A stretch of DNA of 64,000 bases, taken from NCBI RefSeq assembly GCF_006345805.1, contig NC_042997.1, positions 92,442,001 to 92,506,000 of the forward strand. Direction: 5' to 3'. Below the pieces are notes generated by a model, which had not been told where the DNA came from, did not search any database, and saw only the letters and a list, made by a program, of their open reading frames with translations. How positions within the stretch are numbered: position 1 is the stretch's first letter; the number at the start of each line of letters is the position of its first letter. The position numbers and the translations under genes are program-made. Source of the DNA: Octopus sinensis. Taxonomy: Eukaryota. Below, piece after piece: positions 23,180-64,000 of the stretch.

Positions 23180-23941
23180 ATAATGGTTTCAAATTTTGGT
23201 ACAGGACTAGTTGTTTTTGAGGGGAGGAGCAAGTAGATTACATCGATCCCAGTACTTGTTGGCATCCTTTTTGTCTCGGGAGATAATGGAGTTGCGCATA
23301 AAATAATCTAGTCCGGCTTTTACATTTCAATGTCCTAATACATCTCCTGCTGTGGCTGTGTAGTCCTATCCTGGACAAACACTCCCTCTGGCAGGTGCCG
23401 CAAATGTAGCGAAGACTTTGTCTGGCTGGTTGTAATGTCATAGTTTTTGTTGACGTCTTTTCTTGTCTTTCCATTTCTCCTTTCTCCCTCTGTCACTCCT
23501 TTGTGTTCCCTCTTTTATGGTACGTCGCCAATCTCCACGGTTGCTGGCAACTGCTTCCCAGTTGCTAATATTGATGCCGCAGGCCTTCATGTCCCTTTTG
23601 CAAACATCCTTGTATCGTATGAACAGTCTTCCCACAGACCTAGTGTCCCTAGCAAGCTCTCCGCAGAATATGTCCTTGGGGATTCTGCCTTTTTTCATAC
23701 GGCTAACATCGCCAAGCCATCTCATACGTCTTGGACATGTTACAAAGATGTCCTCAAGCAAGCAGGAATACCAAGCATGTTTGCACTCCTCCCAATACTT
23801 AACTGGTACTTATTTCATCAACCTCAAAAGGACGAAACGCAAATTCAACCTTGGTGGAAATTGAGCTCAGAACACAAAGACGAATAAAATGCCTCTAAGC
23901 ATTTTGTCCGGCGTGCTGATGGTTCTGCCAGCTCGCCGCCT
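23180..23941 (-). mobile_element. Tail-B SINE interrupted by an RTE fragment
   Basis: Head and body 23941-23790, remainder 23257-23180. Confidence 0.8.
23258..23789 (-). mobile_element. 5'-truncated RTE-clade LINE (C terminus of ORF2 and short 3' end)
   Basis: RMRWLGDVSRM..RIPKDIFCGEL..RYKDVCKRDMKACGI..WEAVASNR and YICGTCQRECLSRIGLHSHSRRC; 11-bp TSD with one mismatch at 23247-23257 and 23790-23800. Confidence 0.85.
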
Positions 23942-23951
23942 GGTCTGAAAG

Positions 23952-23992
<41 letters not shown>

Positions 23993-25204
23993 AATAATAG
24001 TAATAATAATAATAGACACATAAATCATTGTTGTTTGAAAATTCGGCAGCTGGAACCAAAAAATAGACAAAACAACAGAATCTTACGTCTTTTAAAGTTT
24101 ACAAAGCGTTCTGATAGCGGAAACAGCCAGAAATTGGTCATAAAAAGGCGTATATTAAGAAATTGTTTCTTGTTCTATTCTGAAAATTTGTGTACGAAAA
24201 ATATAGACTTGGAATAAATATGCTAACAATGATTCATAATAATTAATAAAATCTGAACTGAAGAAAGAAAAAAAAAAAAGAAAAACAAGACAATCTCGTT
24301 AGTTGTAAGACATTTTTGTTCAATTACTAGGAGAATGTTTGTTTAGGTTTTAAGGAGAATTTTCCAGACAAGCGCCATGTTACGCTATGCTGTATCTTCA
24401 GTGTGACTGCTAGAGTCATTATCTGCTCAGTGTTGTTTATTATCAATGTCATCACTGAAACAACATGTTTAGTTGGCGTCGAATTGGGATCGGATTGGCC
24501 ATTTACTGTCTCCCTTCTCATTCCCCATTTCGCTTATATCAGAACATAGTGCTTCGCTGCTAACAAATGTGATTGGCTGTCATTTTATTAACAATATCCT
24601 CTAGTTCTGTCAGTCAACCGTAATATTTCCACCCATATACCTATTTGATATCGTCAGCATTTTTGTTTTTGGAATCAAGGTTGAACTAAAGTATACGTTG
24701 TTTTAGAAAAGACAAGTTGATGTCAAAAATATTTCAACAAACTTAAAATCTCTGACCTAAAAGAAATTCCCAGAAGAATAACCACAAATACCTCTTAATC
24801 CATTTTGTAGAATAATTTTTAGCTGATACATTGAAGAAATACTATTATGGTTTAATACATGTCTCATACGTGATAAAATGGGATGAAATATAGAAAATTA
24901 AGGTTTATAGCACTTAAAAATCTAGCGATAGGTGTCAAGTAAAGTTAAAAAAAAACCAAAAAAACAAGACATCAAGCGGGTTAAATGAAACCTTAAATAC
25001 TTAAAAGACATGAAATTGTTTTATGATTTCAAAAGTCAACTCCTTACCGCAACATCTCTCACAACCGTAAAATTAACATATCAGCATCTAATTGAATAGC
25101 TGTTTTTATAGTTTTACTAATTTTAAGAAAACAATCTTTTGTAATGATAAATATTTAAGAACGGGGTTCATGTAAGAATATAAAATAAAAGTATGTCATA
25201 TTTA

Positions 25205-26495
25205 CGAGGGACGTTCAATAAGTAATGCCCCTGACCCACTTGCAGTTGTTTGATCTAGCTGAAATTTTGCATGTTCAATTATTTATATCTCTATAGATTA
25301 AGTGGCAAATTACAGCTCTGAACTAATTGTGGTTTCTGATTTACAGATGTTTGAACTGAGTCAAGTGTGAAATGGAGCCTGTTGAGTGTCGAGCAGTGAT
25401 CCGGTTTTTGTATTTGAAAGGACGCACACCACGGGAGACTTTTGATGAAATGAAAGTAACTTATGGTGATGATGCCCCATCATATGACCTTGTAAAACGC
25501 TGGCATCGTGAATTCAAACATGATCGGAACTCTGTGGAAACAGCTCCCAGATCTGGTCGCTCCCCTTCTGCCATTGATGAGGCATCTGTCCGTCAAGTTG
25601 AGGCTGCCATTTTGGAAGATCGACGCATAACTATTCGCCAAATAGCCCATGATGTCAAGATTAGTACCGGGTCTGTGGAAACTATCATTCATGACCATTT
25701 GCATATGCAAGGTGTCTGCCAGATGGATTCCCAGGTTGCTCACACCTTTCCAGAAGCAAGAACGCGTCGAGTGCTCGAGGATGAATTTGGAGATGTGCCA
25801 AGAAGATGAGTCAAAATTTTTCAAAAGACTGATTACACAGGATGAAACCTGGGTCTATCACTGTGATCCAGAGACCAAAGCCCAGTCAATGCAGTGGAAG
25901 CACCGTGACTCACCTCCTCCAAAGAAGGCAAGGGTGCAGCCCTCCGCTGGCATGGTCATGCTCACAGTCTTCTGGGACCAGGACGGAGTAGTGATGACAG
26001 ATTTTCTGGCAAAGGGTACCACAATTACAGGAGCCTATTATGCTTCACTTTTGAGGAAATTAAGAGAAGCTATCAAAATCAAGAGGCGGGGCAAGATCAG
26101 CAAAGGAATCCTCCTCCTGCAGGACAACGCTCCGGTCCACAACTCGCATGTCGCCAGATCAGAAGTACAGGCGTGCGGCTATGAACTCCTCCCACATCCC
26201 CCCTACTCTCCTGACCTTTCACCCTCTGATTTTCACCTCTTCCCAGCCATGAAGTTGTTTTTGAAAGGAAAGCGTTTCCCAGATGATGCAGCCTTGATTT
26301 CTGAAGTCACGTCATGGTTGGAGGACCAAGCTGGGGTCTTCTACAAAAACGGTCTCCAGAGCTGCATCAAACGATGGGAGAAATGCGTAACTCTGGGTGG
26401 TTCCTATGTGAAAAAAGACTAATAACTGTGCCAAGTTTCGTTGCTCTACTGCTATGGGAAGTGGGTCAGGGGCATTACTTATTGAACGCCCCTCG
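25205..26495 (+). mobile_element. mariner transposon (DD34D, irritans-like TIRs), full length 1291 bp
   Basis: 37-bp TIRs with one mismatch (cgagggacgttcaataagtaatgcccctgacccactt), TA TSD at 25203-25204 and 26496-26497. Confidence 0.95.
25372..26422 (+). pseudogene. mariner transposase with a single frameshift near 25708
   Basis: HTH N terminus, KVSARWIPRLLT, ITQDETW, LLQDNAP..H, YSPDLSPSDF with 34 residues between the second and third Asp; ORFs 25372-25809 and 25649-26422 overlap at the break. Confidence 0.9.
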
Positions 26496-29400
26496 TATAA
26501 GCACAATAGACGGATCTATTCCATCTGAATTACAGATTATTAGATTAAGTCTTTTAAACTAAACAGTTTGAAATTTCGTATACGAGTAGAATTTCTCACG
26601 TAGAACATGGTTTACTCTGAATAGTTTTGACAAAATTTCGTATTTTAGAAGTTATCTCGTGTTAAAGTTGTCGTATTTGGGTAATTTTAACCAATCAATG
26701 ACGTGTATTTAACTGAAGCAATGTACTGCTGTTTGCGGAAGAGCAACAACTTATAGGTCATCTCTACAAAATGCATTTGGATATTTTTACTTATTGCCTG
26801 TGATTATTTTCACCACTTTGTTCTATTTTATTTTTGTATACTTACCTGCGTTAATTTCGGGATTTATTTTCACCAACTTTTGTTTACTTGTCTGCGGTAA
26901 TTTGTATGTGTTACACCTGCCTGGTTATTTTTTTATATGCACCTTTGCCCGAACTGTGTATGTACTGCCATGGAATCTTACTGTGCATTTGAAAGTTTAA
27001 TATTCAGCATTAAAATCAATTTAATCTTTATCCGTTTGTATTGTTTTTCTTTTTGTGTACATCATATACATGCCTCGCTATTGGTTAGGTTAGGGTTAGA
27101 GCTATGGTTTAGAATTAGAGTTAGATAGCATGCTAAAGTGTAAATGGCCACGTATACTGTATGCTGAAGTGGCACTAAAGATTAATTGAAACAGATTATC
27201 TATCAAAAATTAAGTCATGAAAGGGTTAGCAGCATCAACACGCTTTACTTCACATTTCTATGTTTCTGAGGGCAATGAAATAAAATACTAGATAAGTACT
27301 GGGTCAATATAGCTGACTTATTGTGTCCTTCTATAAAATTTCTTCCCTTGTATCTTTGTTAGAAATTCTTATTAATACTATTATTTAGTACAAGCAAGAG
27401 AAAAAATGGCGTTTAGAGATCATCTGCAGGCTTTATAAAAAATTAGATTTTCACGCTTAAATTACAAATCCGCTTCCACTTTACCATGTGGAAAATTTGA
27501 CTGAAATCGGGCAAAAGGCGTCCAATCTAGACACCCAAGTGTCCCCCAAAATCAATAAAATCCTTGTTTTCACACCAAAGCAACAACTGTAGCGCCCCAA
27601 AACGTCTTCCAATCAATTTCTCACCTCAAGTTACCCCCTCCTGTAAATTTTAATCCCCTTCCAGCCCCATTTAAACCTCATTTTACATAAAAATTTGTAT
27701 CAACGTTTGCCTTCTTCATTTTATGGATTAGATTGTTTTACTTGTTTCGGTATTATAACCCGATTTCATTCGAGTCTACGCGGGCCACATTTTAAAACAT
27801 GAGGAATTTTACTCTAGAGGGCATGCCTTTCAGTTGAGCAAACTCAAAGTTACCATGCAAACTCGCAAGCACTTTTAACATAGGTGTGCATATTTTCAGC
27901 TCAATCTGACCACATATGTACACATTATATATATATATACATACACATTAAATATGTACATAAATATACGCATTATATATACGTCTACACACACACACAC
28001 ACACGTATATATATAGATGAATACACTTTATATATATACACATATAGATATGTATATACATTATATATATATTTATATAGACACACATATATATTAATTA
28101 ACACGATATTATGATTAATAATATTTGTTAGATTGTGCGGTGGTGGTGGGCGATAATAATTCACCGTTCTAAAAGACTTGTGGCGGCTGTCAACGCTTTC
28201 TCTCTATAGATAGACAGACGTACAGTGAAAGAGGTGGTGAGAGAAAGAGTGACAGAGAGACGGCGAAGCTGTCAAACGTCGTTATAGAGAGAAAGTGGAG
28301 GACAGGAAGGAAAGAGAGAGACGGTGGAAGACAGGGTGATATGCGAAAGAGGGAAACGACAAACACTTGTCAAAGTGTGGGTTTTGTTGCCCTAGTAACC
28401 ACAGCTTTTGAGATAGAGATTTCTAACCTAGTCCACTCACTTCTTCGCCTCATTTTACATGTCCCTGTAAATTTTGGAGCCAATCCGATCCCATCTAGTG
28501 CCCCTTAACCCGTTCCAATCCCAAAATGAGACAAAGAAACTTTTCGCATTTCAGCTTTATAGATATTGATTACTAAAAATAAAAACAAAACAAAACAAAA
28601 AAACAAACAAAAAACAAAAGTGAGCAGAATTGGTTTTAATTTTAAACACGTTTGATAATGCATGGTATAATTATGTATGTGGGGATGTGTAAATTTACAT
28701 ATAGATAAGTGTGTGTGTGTGTGTGTGTGCGTGTGTGTTTATGTTAATTTGTTGCGTTGATGATGGTAAATATTGTTTTGAAAAGTAAAGACAGTTACAA
28801 GGACCTAAATATGAAGTGTAAATCATTGTCTCTTAGAATTTACATTTTTTTCACATTCATTACATAATTACAAAGATGAACAAGTATATACATTGGTTCC
28901 CAACGAAAAGATGGGGGTTTATATAGCAACACCAACCCAAGTATGCTTATATAGAGTACTTGGAAATAATTTATATGGTTCAGTGACGAAATTGATAATA
29001 TATATTGTTGAATCATTAAACGTATTTCAGAATTGTTTCAGTATAATTCCTAAAAGCTTTTTGGTTATCAGATGTTAAAACAGCACCTGCTATATCCTTA
29101 CAATAACTATTTTAGTAGTACTGTAACTGATATACTATTACTGCTGTGATATCACAATTTTATATCATTACAATAACTTCTATATCGTTAAAATTTCTTA
29201 TAAAACTACTCTTCAGGAAATAATAAAAATATTACAGGAAACAATATTTTTTACATTAGTTCTTATATAACCATAACGGCAACTATATTGTTATGACACA
29301 AACTATTTCCTTACATTGACAGTTATATCTTTTCAATAAATATTGTTACAATGAATACTGCAACTACTACCATAACAATTTAAAAAATGTGAAGTTGTTA

Positions 29401-29951
29401 CAACGGCTGTCACATCGTTAAAATGATTGTCTTATGTTACAGAATTCATCATTTCTTCACATTTACTGTCGTTATGTAACAGTCTTACAACAATCTTCAT
29501 GTTTAAATAACTGTACAATTCTTATATCGAGCTAAGACTACAGCAATACTGTTACATCAATCGTTACAATTACAGCAATTGCAATATCTGTTGTATTTTT
29601 AAATGTCTTGATTTTACAGCAGTTTTTATAATATTATAACAATCATTAGCCATTATATCGTTATATCTACATATGATTAAAGCCCTGTTGTCCCATGTAT
29701 ATCTTAAATAATTTATTGTTAATAAAATGCAACAGCAGGACAATTAAAACCTGTTACTTTATAGTCTAACATAAATTATAAGTTTACTTCATCAGAGATG
29801 AACTATTTGAAATGGAAATTTATTCAGTACATGAACCTGGTGTAAAGCAATGTGAGCATTCGTTTAACAAATACTACAAAAGAAACATAGACTTGGATTG
29901 ATGTGTAACAAAGTTTGTACAGTAAATAATACAGTAAACAGAATAACGGCA

Positions 29952-60851
<30,900 letters not shown>

Positions 60852-61453
60852 GGTTTAGCGTTAATATAACACTATCTGGGAGTTAAAATTGCTTCCGATT
60901 CTTTTGATCCGATACAAGAAATGGGCGAAAATTGGTTATCAGCTGAGAAGGCTAACAGACCAAGCTAATCCCAACGAAAGTGAAGTGCTGTGTGACAGTC
61001 TTGCTTTCAATGACGACGTAAGCGCTCTCACTGACGACGAAAATCTGACTGATTTGCCAAAATCTAATGGTTTTTAATAACCATTGTGGGGTGGGCATGT
61101 ATGGGTGTGGAGATGTCAATAGTGATCGTAATGTTTGGCAAGCGGGTGTTGTATGTCTTGAGTCTTTTGATTGAAGAACGCCTCTATTGATTAGGTTGAA
61201 CAATATTGAGGCTCACTTGGGTCAAGAGAACTGGTAAATCGGGTTCTCTTCGTTGTTAAAAACACGAGGAAGAAGAGGAAGAAGAAAAAGAAAAAGAGCG
61301 AGAGAGTCTTCATACATAATGCTCTGGTGTACATATATGCATATTCAAGTGCCTTTGTAACCTCTATTCTTTGTCTATTCGTAATGTCCTGGATTTGTTT
61401 TGATTAGGAAATAGACGGGAAGAATATTTGTGGCATTTTTCTGTAGTCACACA

Positions 61454-61516
<63 letters not shown>

Positions 61517-61909
61517 CACACACACACAAACACACACACACATGCACACGTACACGTACAAAAGCACATGTATGTATGTGTTGTTTGTGGTGAGTATAGT
61601 CATGTGAGGTTCTAACCATTCTATAGGTAAATCAATATATCAAAAGAAAAACAAACCAAATAAATAATAATGAAAAAAAAAGTAAGCAGAACGGATTAAC
61701 AAAAACTTGTACTTGAAACGTTTCTTAAATGACGCCTGGATTGTATAACTACCTCTCTCTCTCACTACACACAGACACGCGCGCGCACATACACATACGC
61801 ACACACACATACACACACACATACACATCAATAGTATGAGTGAAAATTTCAACTTTCTTTTCAACCAAATAAACCCGTTCCCCACCCACCAAAAAAATTG
61901 CCCTTCAGA

Positions 61910-61928
61910 GAGAAAGAGAGTGAATGAT

Positions 61929-61971
<43 letters not shown>

Positions 61972-61973
61972 GA

Positions 61974-62022
<49 letters not shown>

Positions 62023-62033
62023 GAGAGAGAGAT

Positions 62034-62087
<54 letters not shown>

Positions 62088-62088
62088 T
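61910..62088. repeat. (GA)n microsatellite
   Basis: Directly visible. Confidence 0.95.
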
Positions 62089-62399
62089 GGGGATTTCTGT
62101 CTTCGCGCGCTCTGATATTTCCCACTCCATTGGATTGTATTCACATCTATAGAAATATGTGGTTAGTCCTATTTTCCAAGATGGCAATCGCTTTCGGCCT
62201 TCCACATATCAAAGTATCACCGTCACTTCCAGTATAATTAAGGTTATCAGTCAATGCTTCCATGACTCTGTCATTTCTCATTGACAATCATTACAATTTC
62301 CGAATAGCCAGATCTAGATTTGCACATATATTTGTTGCTCATACATGCTCTTTCGGAAAGTATTGTTGCTTTCCTTGAAGTAAAACCTTCGACCGTGCC

Positions 62400-63180
62400 C
62401 ATGAGTTAAGTTGCAACGGTTGACCCCCATCCGTCTTACATCTCATTATTAAATTTCTTATCCTGTCACTCTATTGACCATCCATATCCGACCTATATTC
62501 TATGAGCTTTGGTGTATACCAAGGTTTGATTATGTCTCCAGTACTCTTTCTATACGTTAATGACCTTCGTTCTTTTACATTTCGCACCCAGGCGTCACTC
62601 ATACGAAACCTTGTATGCCTTATGCCTAACCTGAATAAAGACATCCAAATAACATTCCCTGAGAATATGGCATTTTTTCTTCTTTGCTATTATAACGACG
62701 CAATCGCTAAACTTATCAAGCAGAAGAAATTTTGCAAAACAACCTCCCTATACCTGAACAACAGCCAAATCCCCGCTCTATTCAAAGTCGTTATAAATAC
62801 AAGCCGTTATATCTGAATATGTTTCATGTGATATCATTGCCAAACTTTTATTCCAAATATTAAATTTCTACTTTATGATAGAAAATACTTTAACCTTAAT
62901 CAGTTACTGAACTTAACATCCAAAAGAAAGCATTTAGCCGATTGACAAAATTCATTCACCGACATTCTATACCTACTGGTTCCAATATGTAATGTTGCTT
63001 TCTCTGACACTTTTTCTGCTAATAGCCAACCAATCCATTCGATGCATCTGTCTCCGCAATCTCCAGTCATCCTTAATGTATTTCGTTACTCAGGTTCTGC
63101 AATACACTCTTTCCTTCCTCTCCAGAACTCTGAAATTCCCATCTTTTCCTGAAGATGACGATATAGATCAATCACATTAA
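62400..63180 (+). mobile_element. Highly decayed LINE RT fragment (CR1/L2/Jockey-like)
   Basis: FGVYQGLIMSPVLFLYVNDL resembles the RT GVPQG..SP.LF..Y.NDL motif; RTLKFPSFP near the end. Confidence 0.45.
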
Positions 63181-63517
63181 TTTATTAGCCTAAAAGGGCC
63201 TACAAAGAGCTTAGTTGCTACCCTTTTCTCAAAATGTCAGATTTATGTTTAAGTTGGAAAGTGTTAAAGTCACTATTAAATCAATGATACTAAACACAAT
63301 TCTAGGTACCAATTTCTGGATTTGGAGAAAGTTGCGTTCTTTAATTTCATAATGGTATGTTGGCGTTTCTGCAATGTTAGTCACAGAAAGAAGCTGTTCA
63401 GCTCATATTCTTAAATAGATATTTCGATTTTTTTCACTAAATTTCTAATGCAGTGCTTAATGGTAAATGTCAGAACATGCTTACTTGAGCAGCGCAGCTT
63501 GTATAAATCCGTAATCA

Positions 63518-63686
63518 TGTATGTATGTATGTATGTATGTATGTATGTATGTATGTATGTATGTATGTATGTATGTATGTATGTATGTATGTATGATTGT
63601 ATGTATGTATGTATGTATGTATGTATGTATGTATGTATGTATGTATGATTGTATGTATGTATGTATGTATGTATGTATGTATGTAT
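63518..63686. repeat. (TATG)n microsatellite
   Basis: Directly visible. Confidence 0.95.
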
Positions 63687-63690
63687 TTAT

Positions 63691-64000
63691 GTACCTCAGT
63701 TGTTAGAGCGTCGGGCTCACAATCATGAGGTAGTGAGTTCGATTCCCTGACTAGGTGTGTGTTGTGCTCTTGAGCAAGACATTTTATTTCACGTTGCTCC
63801 AATTCACTCAGCTGTAAAAAGGAATCGTGAAGTTACTTGTGCCAAGTTGTATCCCTTTCCCTTGGATAACATCGCTTGCGTGGAGAGGGAAGTCTGGTAT
63901 GCATGGGCGGCTGCTGGTTTTTTATAAACAATCTTGCCCAGTCTTGCTCCTCGGAAGGGAACTTACTAGGTGCAAATCCCATAGTCATTCATGACCGAAG
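63691..64000 (+). mobile_element. tRNA-derived SINE with CORE-like segment, running off the window end
   Basis: B box GAGTTCGATTCC; cttgagcaagacattttatttcacgttgctcc shared with 55949-56206. Confidence 0.7.

Overview
AT-rich, repeat-dense animal DNA. The SINE families and microsatellite load look like an octopus (coleoid cephalopod) genome; this is recognition from memory, not a database match. One host gene can be reconstructed: a minus-strand GH18 chitinase (signal peptide, catalytic domain with intact DxDxE, Pro/Thr linker, CBM14 domain), about 473 aa in 11 coding exons across 29952-60851, with phase-consistent GT-AG junctions throughout. The first, 6-nt coding exon is tentative. The rest is mobile DNA: a full-length two-ORF Tx1/L1-clade LINE (1727-7082), a near-intact DD34D mariner (25205-26495), RTE, Dong/R4, Penelope and CR1/Jockey-like fragments, pogo/mariner MITEs, a foldback element with telomere-like repeats, and many tRNA-derived SINEs. 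The most notable signal is a LINE-SINE system. The intact Tx1 sits at a defined site (CGTATTTCGTCTGCCG, 16-bp TSD) inside a SINE. A subfamily of that SINE carries a 3' tail matching the Tx1 3' end (25/30 nt) and joins the same target motif in the same register, giving head-to-tail arrays and dimers. This suggests a SINE-targeting LINE that mobilises a self-targeting SINE.
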